Origin: Barthelona sp. PCE
Lineage: Eukaryota
Direction: 5' to 3'
Length of the DNA: 64,000 nt
Assembly (NCBI GenBank): GCA_040285745.1
Contig: JAUFOR010000007.1
Location: 62,001 to 126,000 of the forward strand
Numbering within the stretch: position 1 is the first letter of the stretch; each line of letters starts with the position of its first letter. The notes beneath the pieces are model-generated. The model was not told where the DNA came from. It did not search any database and worked only from the letters and a program-made list of their open reading frames with translations. Positions 31,201 through 40,642 of the stretch are shown here, piece after piece. A program made the position numbers and the translations under genes.

Positions 31201-32067
31201 TAAACGTTGTAGATTAGAAGATGGTGTGTCGTTGATTGCATGGCCAGTTTTAATGCACCAAATGCCTTTAGATATGACATATCTTTCATTAGGCGAAATA
31301 TAAACATAATTGGGGTCGAAATCTGCATTTGTGATTGTTAGATAAGGTTTTGCAATATTGCCATTCACTCTAAACACCAAAATAACGTTGTTTCTCAGCG
31401 TTGCTACTGCGTAATTCGATGAACCATAACATTGTACACAATCATTTGGATGCAGGTAATAACTACCATCTCTGCAGGTGGTTGTGTGCAACGTGCTTAT
31501 ATCACGATGCTCCATCTCAAAATACCCACGTTCGTTGCCAAAAAATGTGACGCATGTTCCGAAATAATTGACTGTTGGTCGAACATAATTACAAGTAAAC
31601 AGATTGGAAGCATCATTGTTCACACACAAAATGCTGTGAGAAACAGCTCCATTCCTTTGCAATGTGATTAGGAAACGGTTGTTGCACAGTGATTTGATTT
31701 CAGTTATGTCAAGATCTCCAAAATTTGGAGCTTGAATCGGTAACTTCTCTGAAATATTCCAAAGCGTTAATTTTCCCTCTGTTGGTTCTTTGATAGCTAA
31801 AATATTACCGTCATCAGAGATACAGCACAGATTGCGATTGGGAAACAGGGCACAAAAAATTCGTTTTAGGTCAGATTCAATGGAATAGGCAGCTACTCGA
31901 TTATCGTCTAAAATACACGATATATACTTCCAATTGCAAGACATAGATGCATATGTGATCGCGGTGTCACATTCAATTTGATGCACTATATTATATCTAA
32001 GCGCATCTTGATTAAAATGCTTTTGAGTCACATTTATCTTTCCATTAACAATTCTGAGCTGTATCAT
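28210..32067 (-). CDS. gene B: beta-propeller-like / coiled coil / protein kinase / degenerate HECT (1285 aa), paralog of gene A
   Basis: Kinase motifs FIK, ELRVL, IIRDIKPQN, CDFG, GTINFMAPE, SDIYSLG, RPS. Shares YLNG.L, YCC..F..P.(N/D)D..VG..LLNA.S and VF.R.FP.E with gene A. Confidence 0.85.
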   Translation of the reverse strand: MIQLRIVNGKINVTQKHFNQDALRYNIVHQIECDTAITYASMSCNWKYISCILDDNRVAAYSIESDLKRIFCALFPNRNLCCISDDGNILAIKEPTEGKLTLWNISEKLPIQAPNFGDLDITEIKSLCNNRFLITLQRNGAVSHSILCVNNDASNLFTCNYVRPTVNYFGTCVTFFGNERGYFEMEHRDISTLHTTTCRDGSYYLHPNDCVQCYGSSNYAVATLRNNVILVFRVNGNIAKPYLTITNADFDPNYVYISPNERYVISKGIWCIKTGHAINDTPSSNLQRLVKELPINDIFVLNLCYFVRCIDHYCLFSFGDLMDYRPFKTICDCIEHEGKGFIFTDKWCVVFSTGWRQKKHAFSYKHIQLHHLDGNVVRAATNDVYPNMFQLTTETGTTFQQLWNGTEFVDHKIASSGEDMLSLGQEVFLNRSMLQLTEHLLKNSLEDVELRLSTSFDQKISMIEKQHADAMAAASGKQEMLERKLKEADMKLQEINFKMDAAISVILDSKEDSKCIEELQKYAEQCFTEFSNIILPSGETLRMLEEAITVDMLPTLSAGMSECVMFSELMDNAIHKFDLNYTLAASIQNRISDFEPQNTATRIIYEHVCHRLLEKARDFDQHFVFLEECSNFDFAVAFNECQLLNDTYSRIPVISDAYSELWNQLQEEKPTKRRRRIRKKKDTHFDVNMLNELNVLIQRCLEDLECIVDSRFTTISRELKYEYMTWKTKLDKLTESITLNLNLKTQLEKIKVDDLPLPCEITSMSSELYLNGALDNESLDNCKIALDNKFIKCFCICDDCDTRDDNIKALRRELRVLSRKSKHIVALKNIVFVAVEEDEELYVEFVCLELELAFMDLDKYLIENPDLCLKTRNSLAQQMISCVSYMRSSGIIIRDIKPQNFLIFCHDTGLSLKMCDFGVSIDTTQTLISTTTVGTINFMAPEVREPGHPHTFMSDIYSLGETLRYVYGQNDAHSDVLSKCLSPNPLDRPSIFDLYVYFSPKDESIRSLSNRYMLSKICSPPFECTIDSESDFVHVFENYASCMGSDNEIGFRISRNSMLLTFEEFADDIQTSGMVPLLSEQTSTALAVFTYCCLIFGVPINDILVGNVLLNAISRDHDDLLSERVFSRIFPSEYASFDIEEMDLTENMNVSMMSSQIHRIFHSGKFAAEQHLSELSFHEIKSILCREPHICSDDVFSCFTFKPDVSDRIRESLRDVLADMRSDHLTNIISWLFGSYNKTHSISVVLQSDPSLGVSLGFSGRVLRVSSCPRRTRMGIIKRSVTIQQ

Positions 32068-32582
32068 GCACTAAATTATGCGCCATATAAGACTTGAACA
32101 AGATCGAAATAGGCTGAAAGAGGTGAAGAAATTAATATCGTGATATGTTTATTGTTATGGTTGGGTTGATCGGTGATAGGCTGTTAACATTGTAGTGTAA
32201 GCTTCGCTAATAGGAGATAAATATCATAAATCAAAAGAGAGACAGAAAAAAAAAGCAAAACCTGTCAATTTTGTGTTTTTTGTCACGCTTTAAAGTGCTT
32301 AGGTGAAATTTAAACCAACAAAGATTGCTCCATGAACTATTATTGAGAATAAAGCGGTTGTAAACAGGTTTATTTATTGATTATTTAATGTTATGTAAGC
32401 GGAAGAGGAAAAGCATTTTTAAACAATTTTTTGAGGTATACCTTAATCTTATGTCGCTTGGAAGCATGTAAAACTTATACTAACGAGATATAATTATGTA
32501 GAAGCTTGTTAGAAGAAAGATTTTCTTGTTTTATATTTATAGACCCTTTCTTCGAATTTGTTTATTTTAATTAATTTGCAAC

Positions 32583-35500
32583 ATGTTAAACCTAGGGTTT
32601 AAAAGGCAGTTACTGCTTTTGACTGTTTTGTTCTTAGCACATACGGCAGCCTTAACATTCCACGAGAAGTATAACGGATACGAGTATGAGGCACCAAGTT
32701 CCACCTCGGATTCATCTCGTTATTTTATATTTGAGAGGAGTTTCTCTGAGTCTTGGCCATTGATTATGAATTTCAAGCTTTTGCACGGTGGAGTAACAAC
32801 AACATTAACAACAGACTGTAAGAAGGAGCTGGATGAGGAGTTCTTCCGAGTCTATCAGTGTTTGATTCCTGCACGAACAGCAAGCAATGAATTTTCATAT
32901 GTTTTAAAGGTTAGAAATCTGACTGAAACACACATTAGTGTTTATAAGGAGTACGAAAAACCCGTTGGAGGGCTGATTGTTTCTTCCATGCATGCGTGGA
33001 ACTTCACCTTTAACTTCACGCTTTACCTCAAAAATACTATAGGAAATGATACGGTTCAGATGTGTTACGGTGCTGACTGTGGTGGTTCTATTGTATACCA
33101 TGATATGTTCCTCTCTGATGGTGGTTTGTGGGAGATTTCTCTTTCCACCTTGAGCGTTCCCAACCATTTGGATTTGCTTACTAAACAGGATTTTAACGTA
33201 CAAATTGGAGATAAAACAATACCACGCTCAGAATTTACGATTATGACGTTCACAGAATCTGAATCATATCCGCAGCAAATATTCTCGAATCAACGGGATT
33301 ACGGAGACATCCTGCACGTAATGGCTGAAGAGCAGGACCTCGACATAAACTCCATTCAGCTCGGTGGGCCTGTGAAAATATGTCTTGGAACAGAAGCAAA
33401 CCCCAGCGTCGCGTGCACATATGAGAACCCCAACTATCAGTACAGAGTTGGTGATGCCATCGAGTTCATCGAGGAGAGCTTTTTTGATATGTATCAGTAT
33501 ATAGATCCCGACACAGGGTTCACTCGTTCCATGCTACGAACATACATCAACACCACTTGGGAAACAGAAGCAGGTGTTCCTGACGGTCTCTACTTTGTTG
33601 TTGACGGAACTGAACTTCAGTTTAAGATATTGGATCTGGCAGTTTACGATGTCAAGGATGGGTTCCCGCACGTAGAGGAGATGTCACCTAAGTTCATTGA
33701 GTTCGACGTTGCGTCAGACCCGATTGAAATATCTGCAACAATCACCAATCACATGAATTCATTCCATTCATACTACGATCAGACTCCTGTTGATCTGGGC
33801 GACGGAAACTACACGTACGTGAAGCGTCTTGCGTTCGGCACTGATGGGGGCGGTCCGCTGGCTGAAATCGATGCTTGTCTGGGAGTTTCTCCTTGCGATT
33901 TTTCACTGAATATTGATAAGCAGATGTTTTATGAGGGTGAAGGCGAAGAGTCTCAAGCAACGTTCACGCTGGTTAAGAACACGATCGCAGCCCCCATCAC
34001 ATGGACAATTGGCAAAAGAGTAACGATCCCTGCTGCTGTGGACATTCAAGGAGGAGACTCAAACTTTACTATCTGGAGAACACCCACAGCCTCTGCTATT
34101 TCAGCGAATACATTTGCGTGCAACTCAATGGTGTCACTTGAACTGTATTATGATCCATACGTTGTGCCGGATTTACGTAAGAACAGCAACAATGGTCTTA
34201 TCATAGTTCAAGACCTATTCGGCAACCTTGTCACTAACTTCACAGTTGACCTGAACTTTGCCCAGCTTGACAGTGAGAAGCTGCAGACATTTATCTTGGC
34301 GTTTGAGCTTGACCTCTCGGATCAGGGTTATGATTCGTTTGTGGAGCTTAACGTCTTGGTGTCCTGGGATGGCGTGACCACACCGCTGTCGTCGACCAGC
34401 ACAAAGATCACCTGCTTCAATTTGAATGAGATCACAAGTGTCACACCCAATCAAATTGGTTACAATGCTGAAGAAGTATACATCACGCTAGCATCATCAA
34501 AGGACTTTGTTGTTATGCCTGGCCGTTCACCAAAGTTGCGTGTGATTCCGATTGGGCTCGAATCCGCTCAGGTTGACATTGATAGCGATGATTTTACTGT
34601 TAATGGGGCTGAGATTACGGCTGAAGCACCTTCATTTTCATTCAGCGAGGATGCTACTGTTGAGATTTTGTACTCGCCCAATGGAGAGTTCTTTGCCACA
34701 CCAGACTACACTGATACGCGCAACCAATTGAATTACATTAGTTCGATCGACGTTGAAGTTGCTGGGTTTTCTCAGTACATTTTGACAGATTTTTGCACTG
34801 CAGTAGGTAACAGCGAGGTTGTCGATCTCACAATTACACTTGTTGATTCGCTGCCCGAGAAGGAGAACGTACCTATGGTGTACGTAGAGGTTATGAACGC
34901 CAATGGTGCAGTATTGTACACACAGCAGGTTCTAGAAAGTGATATCGACTCGGAGTATAAGGTCTTCACAGTCACATTCGATATTAATGCTGCATGTGGG
35001 TCAGTCACAACGCCGGGCATCTATAAGATTGCGCTTTCGGCAAACGTTAGTCCAATCTATTACTTTATGCAGACCGAGGTCGTCTTTACTGGTGAGTCAA
35101 CAGTGTTTTCTGAGTTCCGTTTCAATAACACGTTGAAGAACTCCTTTTACCAGTACGGTGGTGTTAAATTTAATCTGTTAGGCAGCGGTTTTTCACCATT
35201 CGTTGGCTTGTCCGGAAATGAAGGACCCAAGCTAAAGTTTACAGGTGCGCTAAGCACATCAGTAGCTGACGAGACGACTGATCTTATCTTTTTGAACGAC
35301 ACACATGCTGAATTCACCCTACCTTCGTTCAGGTATGCAGTGGAGACGACGTTAATGGTTTCTTATATCAAAGACACGTTCCAAAGCATTGATGGACTCA
35401 CATTTTCGTTTGAGAAATGCGAACTCGGCTGGTATCAAACCACATTTTTGGATGTATGCAACGAGTGTCCGCTGGGAACATATGGCTCCGAGCGCGGAAT

Positions 35501-37568
35501 TTCCCAATGTACATCAGCTGATGAAGGTTACTATGTTGATCAGCTAGCTTCTACTTCAGCATCAGTGTGCCCTGAGTTTGCTCTTTCTGGTGTCGGTGCA
35601 ACTGACATCCTCGAATGCTATTGTCGTGACGACTATTATGGTGAACGCGGTCTGAATTGTACAGCGTGCCCAACCGGAGGAGAGTGCATTTTCCCCAATA
35701 ATGTCTGGCCTGTCGCTAGCGCTGGCTATTATGCAAACGAGACTAACCCTGAGGTCATCAGCGAGTGCATTCCCGCCATTGCTTGCGTTGGTGTACAGGC
35801 TGCGAACTGCTCTTCTCTAAGCGATTGTAACCAGTGCGCTACAGGCTATGCTGGAGACCGCTGTGCATCATGCGATACTAATTATTACAAGAGCAACGAG
35901 TTGTGCAAGGAGTGTCCTTCAACAGACTATGCACAGGTTGGAATCCTTTCTGTGCTTGGTGTATTTGCCGTTTACGTAGGAATCATTGTGCAGTCCGCTG
36001 CAAGCGAACTGACCGACGATGTCAATGATTTCCTCGAGCTGATTCAATCCGACCAGATGGTAAAAATGGGTAAAGAAGCGTTTAAAACAGCAAAGTCAAT
36101 GTTCAAGCAACTTCGTCTCACAAAGCTTGGTATTTTCGTCAACTTTGCGCAGGTTTTCAGTGTTTTCCCAGATTTCAACATCTCACTGGGTCCGTTAGAG
36201 GAGTGGTTTGAGAAAATCTTCGAGTGGTTCTCGTTGCTCAAGTTCGATTTCCTCACGATCTCTCCTCCCGAGTGCTACACACCTCTCTCGTTCTACGACT
36301 ACTATAAGCTGAAGATGTTGATTGTACCTGTCTCGTACATCTCGTTGGTATTGGTTGGTTTTCTGATATGGCTCATCCCTCGTATCCTTGGATGCTTCAA
36401 TGGGTGCCATCGCCGTCAGAAGACTATCACAGACATTCACGATAAGGTTATGTCATTGTTCATTATTATTCTCATTTATACGTACACATACATATCCGAC
36501 TCTGTAATCTCGTATGCGAACTGCACAACAACGAGTGATGTTTCAACACAGAAGGTTATTGCTAAATCTCCAGAAACCGTGTGCTACACGGACGAGTACA
36601 ACGACTTTGCGCCAATGTATTACCTTGGTCTAATCCTGTACGTGGTTGGTATCCCTGTATCTCTCATGGTGATTCTGCGCCAGCTCAAGAAGAGGGATTC
36701 CCTCGGCAAACCGCGTGCAAAGGCATGGCTTGGTATTATGTACGAGCACTACAGACCCCACCGCTATTTATATGAGCCTCTTATTATGGTCAAGAAGTTG
36801 CTTATTGTTCTGTCCACAGTTATATTTACTGATAAGTACGAAGGCACGTTGGTTGGTTGCTTCTTTTTGTTCCTCTATTTGTTGATGCAGGTGCGAATGA
36901 TGCCATATGCGGAGAGCAAGGATAACGTACTGGAGTTCCTGAGTCTGCTCACGAACTTCTATTTGCTGCTTTCACTTCTACTCATGAATTCGAACCTGAG
37001 CACCCGTGCCAAGACATGGCTGTCAACTCTGGACTTTATTTTGATCGGTCTCAACACACTGTTCTTCGCCATGCTGTTTATCACACAGATCCGTGATCTG
37101 TGCAAACCTAACGACGAGAAAGACGTCGAAGAGGAGGCTGATGTTGATTTTACTATGTACTCGATAAACGGTGAAATGGTTCCGCTTTCCGGTGAGGCGG
37201 CCAAAAAGGCAAGTGAGTTTATCAGACAGCTCAGCAGAAAGCAGGGACACAGACGTATGTCGGTGGTTGATGCCGCAAAACGCTTTTCGGCTGCTCGTCG
37301 TAATTCTATGCCTCCTCCAATGGAGGGCGAGTATGAGATGCAACCGCTGGGCGTTGAGCCATTTGCTGGTGTGCAACTACAGGCACCGGGCATGATCTCA
37401 GCACCAGTACCAGTGATGCCTTCTGATAACAGCGAGGCACACATTGAGGAAGTGCTTAACTTTGACACCAACTCTGCGTTGGACGATTCAGACGAGGATT
37501 ACGAGCTCCCAGCTCCCAATATGCCTTCTCTGACTGAAGAAGAAGATCATGGCATGCACATTGTGTAA
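32583..37568 (+). CDS. large receptor-like membrane protein: signal peptide, Ig/IPT-like ectodomain, Cys-rich ephrin-receptor-like repeats, multi-pass TM domain
   Basis: CNECPLGTY, C.CRDDYYG, CTACPTGGEC and CATGYAGDRCASC repeats; FVNFAQV, LYVVGIP, LGIMYEHYR and QVRMMPY...DNVLE in the TM region. Confidence 0.85.
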   Translation: MLNLGFKRQLLLLTVLFLAHTAALTFHEKYNGYEYEAPSSTSDSSRYFIFERSFSESWPLIMNFKLLHGGVTTTLTTDCKKELDEEFFRVYQCLIPARTASNEFSYVLKVRNLTETHISVYKEYEKPVGGLIVSSMHAWNFTFNFTLYLKNTIGNDTVQMCYGADCGGSIVYHDMFLSDGGLWEISLSTLSVPNHLDLLTKQDFNVQIGDKTIPRSEFTIMTFTESESYPQQIFSNQRDYGDILHVMAEEQDLDINSIQLGGPVKICLGTEANPSVACTYENPNYQYRVGDAIEFIEESFFDMYQYIDPDTGFTRSMLRTYINTTWETEAGVPDGLYFVVDGTELQFKILDLAVYDVKDGFPHVEEMSPKFIEFDVASDPIEISATITNHMNSFHSYYDQTPVDLGDGNYTYVKRLAFGTDGGGPLAEIDACLGVSPCDFSLNIDKQMFYEGEGEESQATFTLVKNTIAAPITWTIGKRVTIPAAVDIQGGDSNFTIWRTPTASAISANTFACNSMVSLELYYDPYVVPDLRKNSNNGLIIVQDLFGNLVTNFTVDLNFAQLDSEKLQTFILAFELDLSDQGYDSFVELNVLVSWDGVTTPLSSTSTKITCFNLNEITSVTPNQIGYNAEEVYITLASSKDFVVMPGRSPKLRVIPIGLESAQVDIDSDDFTVNGAEITAEAPSFSFSEDATVEILYSPNGEFFATPDYTDTRNQLNYISSIDVEVAGFSQYILTDFCTAVGNSEVVDLTITLVDSLPEKENVPMVYVEVMNANGAVLYTQQVLESDIDSEYKVFTVTFDINAACGSVTTPGIYKIALSANVSPIYYFMQTEVVFTGESTVFSEFRFNNTLKNSFYQYGGVKFNLLGSGFSPFVGLSGNEGPKLKFTGALSTSVADETTDLIFLNDTHAEFTLPSFRYAVETTLMVSYIKDTFQSIDGLTFSFEKCELGWYQTTFLDVCNECPLGTYGSERGISQCTSADEGYYVDQLASTSASVCPEFALSGVGATDILECYCRDDYYGERGLNCTACPTGGECIFPNNVWPVASAGYYANETNPEVISECIPAIACVGVQAANCSSLSDCNQCATGYAGDRCASCDTNYYKSNELCKECPSTDYAQVGILSVLGVFAVYVGIIVQSAASELTDDVNDFLELIQSDQMVKMGKEAFKTAKSMFKQLRLTKLGIFVNFAQVFSVFPDFNISLGPLEEWFEKIFEWFSLLKFDFLTISPPECYTPLSFYDYYKLKMLIVPVSYISLVLVGFLIWLIPRILGCFNGCHRRQKTITDIHDKVMSLFIIILIYTYTYISDSVISYANCTTTSDVSTQKVIAKSPETVCYTDEYNDFAPMYYLGLILYVVGIPVSLMVILRQLKKRDSLGKPRAKAWLGIMYEHYRPHRYLYEPLIMVKKLLIVLSTVIFTDKYEGTLVGCFFLFLYLLMQVRMMPYAESKDNVLEFLSLLTNFYLLLSLLLMNSNLSTRAKTWLSTLDFILIGLNTLFFAMLFITQIRDLCKPNDEKDVEEEADVDFTMYSINGEMVPLSGEAAKKASEFIRQLSRKQGHRRMSVVDAAKRFSAARRNSMPPPMEGEYEMQPLGVEPFAGVQLQAPGMISAPVPVMPSDNSEAHIEEVLNFDTNSALDDSDEDYELPAPNMPSLTEEEDHGMHIV

Positions 37569-37569
37569 T

Positions 37570-38292
37570 TTATTCAGTTTCTGGTACTTCAATACCCTCA
37601 ATGTCCACCCGTTCGATATCGACAGCATCCTCGACTCTGCGGACAACCATCATCTCCCTACTGTAAAACTCTTCTGGAATAGTCGCATCTTCTTTTAGCA
37701 AGTCCATAATCCTCTTCATCTCGACAACTGCAGTGTCTACGTCGATGTCAGCAAGGTTCAAGCGCTCGAGCTCTGTCTTGGCAAGTTGCCTTCCATCTCC
37801 TGCAGCGTTTGCAAAGTAACCCAGGTTTGCACCACTGGGGTTGATGCAGTAAAGTTCAGGCTTTCCTTTGTAGACACCAGCGATGAAAACTACGCTTCCA
37901 TAGGGACGGTATACGCCGTGAAGTGTGTGAGAGTGGACTTCCATAGCTACTTTGTCCGCAATTGCACGAATGCCAGGCTCAACTTCGCTTTGTGCACGGT
38001 GATTGGAGCATTCTTCTCTGGCACGTGCGACAAGGGCCTTACCATCGAATAGAAGACCAGCACAACCCATAATGATGTGATCATCAACAAGGAAGAGACG
38101 ATGATGAGTACCTTCAACAACATGCTTTGTGGGTAGGCGGATTTCTGATGCTAAAACGATACCATCTGAGCATCGGATACCAAGAACTGTTTCTTGATCA
38201 TCAACCGCTTTAGAGGCATATTCTACCTGATAAATACGACCATCGGTAGACAATATACCGCACGATAAATCAAAACCTCCACCAGATGACAT
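37570..38292 (-). CDS. PSMA3: 20S proteasome subunit alpha type-3 (alpha7)
   Basis: GFDLS...STDGRIYQVEYASKAV, GIRCSDGIVLA, RPYG, AKTELERL. Confidence 0.92.
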   Translation of the reverse strand: MSSGGGFDLSCGILSTDGRIYQVEYASKAVDDQETVLGIRCSDGIVLASEIRLPTKHVVEGTHHRLFLVDDHIIMGCAGLLFDGKALVARAREECSNHRAQSEVEPGIRAIADKVAMEVHSHTLHGVYRPYGSVVFIAGVYKGKPELYCINPSGANLGYFANAAGDGRQLAKTELERLNLADIDVDTAVVEMKRIMDLLKEDATIPEEFYSREMMVVRRVEDAVDIERVDIEGIEVPETE

Positions 38293-38828
38293 ATTGCGAG
38301 TGAAAAGGGAAAAATTTGTGTATTCGTTGTAGAACGCTGTCTTATCGTTATTTGCCTGCTGAGTGGTGTTTATTCAATAAATTCTTGGATTTTATGCGTT
38401 GAATGTACTTGTTGAAGCGCTATGGAATGCTTGTGAGCCACTTTTTTTTGTAAGTCATATCTTTTTTTGCTGGATTCTAAGCAGGCAAAATATATAGATG
38501 TAACTACAATATTTAATCTATATATATAAACGTATCTATTTTGTTCTTATTTTTGTAATATCACTTTTAACTTAAATTGTGGTATGTTTGTGATTATTAT
38601 GAATGTACTATGATGTTGAAAACGGATTCCACACGAATAAATGCGATTTATTAAGAAGGATGTTGTGTGTGAGTATGATCGTCGTATATGAAGTAAAATG
38701 ATTCACACTATTCACACAGTAAGTGTAAATAGTATGATTTGCATCTTTGTAATGTTCCAATACTCTTTTAAAGGATCTAAATTTTGTTTTTCCTTTTTAT
38801 TTCCTTTTGCGTTGTTTTTCTTTATTTA

Positions 38829-39639
38829 ATGAATCACTTTGATGTATGGGTCTAGCGGTAACCGGAGTATGTGTTGTTTAAAACATGTGGGTACGATCAC
38901 AGTGAGCAGATTCATCAGATATTTGCAAATATTTGTAGAATGACAGCTATGAGGGATAAAAACGCATTAAAGGCACATACTGGTTCGGAACGAAGAATAA
39001 CCTAATATTTAGAACTATCATCAATCGTTTAACAGCACCCAGGGTGAAATTTCTCAACTTATCTCTGAGATCGAACGGTCATCAAACGATCAGGCAGTTG
39101 CCCGCAACACCAGGGATATCCACCAGGGTATTGAGTCACTCAAGAACAACCTGCGTTCCATGGAGATGGAGCTCTCTGGTCTTGGTGCCCTTGTTCGCTC
39201 ACGCTATGAATCGCAAGTGAACCAGTGCAAGAGTCAGGTGCAAACACTCGAGAGGCGTTTTGCTCAGGCTAAGGATTCCTCAAGACGTAACATTGAGCGT
39301 GAGAACTTGTTTGGTGGAACATCAGCTACCACAACAATGGCTCACGATTCTTTGACAACTGCCACACGCGATCTCGACCGTCTGAAGGGTGCCAGTAGAA
39401 CCACTAACGATTTGGTAAATCTGGGTGGTGAGATGCTGGGTCGTCTTCACGAACAGGGTCAGCGACTTGAGAACACAGAACGTACCCTCGACCGCGGTCA
39501 TGCAGAGGTCGATAGGGGTGAGAGTCTCATCTCTACGATGCGTAGACGTGTTACAACCAACAAGTGCATTCAGTACTGCATTATTTTTGTACTCATTGCC
39601 TTAATAGCATTCCTCTTGTTCATCCTAATTACGAGATAG
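38829..39639 (+). CDS. VTI1: Vti1-family Qb-SNARE (exons 38829-38843 and 39013-39639)
   Basis: The spliced N-terminus MNHFD-NYHQSF is in frame with the 39160 ORF. MEMEL Habc motif, RENL, SNARE heptads (L.EQ..RL), MRRR and a C-terminal TM anchor. Confidence 0.85.
38844..39012 (+). other. spliceosomal intron, 169 nt (phase 0)
   Basis: GTATGG...CCTAATATTTAG; removal supplies an ATG to an otherwise start-less 49-codon open extension. Confidence 0.82.
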
Positions 39640-39958
39640 ACAGTAAATTGTGCATATATTTGGATAGCTTGTGGTATTAGTATTGTGAAAAAAAGAGATT
39701 TTTTCAACTTCATGCAATGTGAATTTTTTCATTCAAATATGTCGTTTAGGTAGTATTTGACGGTGTGTAGCAAGTTGAAAGAGTTACTATCAAGATTGAA
39801 TAGCGCAGGTTTTTCCAAAGGAGGTTAATTCAAATTTTGACACCTTCACAGCGATACAATAGATATGGTAAAGCATGTTGATAATATTAGAAAAAGATAA
39901 TAATCTTTAGGAATGTTGTATATCTCTATTTTCCCTCTTTTCCAGTTTTTCCAGTCTT

Positions 39959-40444
39959 ATGTCGTCTGAAGTGGTGCAAGAGACTAGTTTACCCGCTCCC
40001 ATGTTTACCACACCCTTCAAATCGAAGAACACCATTTCAAATGCGAAACCCATTTCAGGTGCTAGCAAGCCTCCAATGCTGTCCCCCCTGTTCTCACTAA
40101 ACAGTTCAAGGCCGAAAATTGTACATTCTACCACACACATTGATGCAAAAAAAAATTCTCAGTTATTTGGAGCTGATATTAGTAATGAAATGGTATACAC
40201 ATCTACAGCACTCACATGTTGCTCAAAATGTGATAGATTTCCATGTATTGATGCATTTTCTAGTGATATAGGAAATGTAGTTTGTGGAAAGTGCAAAGAA
40301 GCGTTTGATCACGGCAAAGAAGAGTATCATCGGATCAGAACTCGTTTGCCAAAGTGGTTTTTAAAAATGATAGTTGAGCAGGGTTCTGTTAAAGAGGCCG
40401 ACGTACTTTCTGTGATTGCATATACTCAAAGATCTGCTTGTTAA
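39959..40444 (+). CDS. hypothetical protein with a C-x2-C-x17-C-x2-C putative zinc finger
   Basis: 161-aa ORF, S/T/P-rich N-terminus, CSKC...CGKC. Confidence 0.65.
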   Translation: MSSEVVQETSLPAPMFTTPFKSKNTISNAKPISGASKPPMLSPLFSLNSSRPKIVHSTTHIDAKKNSQLFGADISNEMVYTSTALTCCSKCDRFPCIDAFSSDIGNVVCGKCKEAFDHGKEEYHRIRTRLPKWFLKMIVEQGSVKEADVLSVIAYTQRSAC

Positions 40445-40642
40445 CGTGCTCAATTAATTTAGAGCAGTAAAGAATCAGTTTTGAACATGTGAAATTTTTA
40501 TGCATTAATTTTTATTGTTTTGTGGACACTGTCACCCATAGACAATTTTTCGTACGAATAAACATCATTGAATCAATTTTTATGCACTGAGATACAAAAA
40601 AAGAAGAGAAGCCCAAATTCTCTTCCTTTTCACTTCACCAAC

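Noticed and set aside
38707-38733. Small AT-rich hairpin ACTATTCACAC-AGTAA-GTGTAAATAGT
   Set aside because: Isolated, with no C/D, H/ACA or Sm motifs to support an RNA gene.
38867-38872. GTATGT as the Vti1 intron donor
   Set aside because: Gives a 38-nt exon out of phase with exon 2; the donor at 38844 is in frame.
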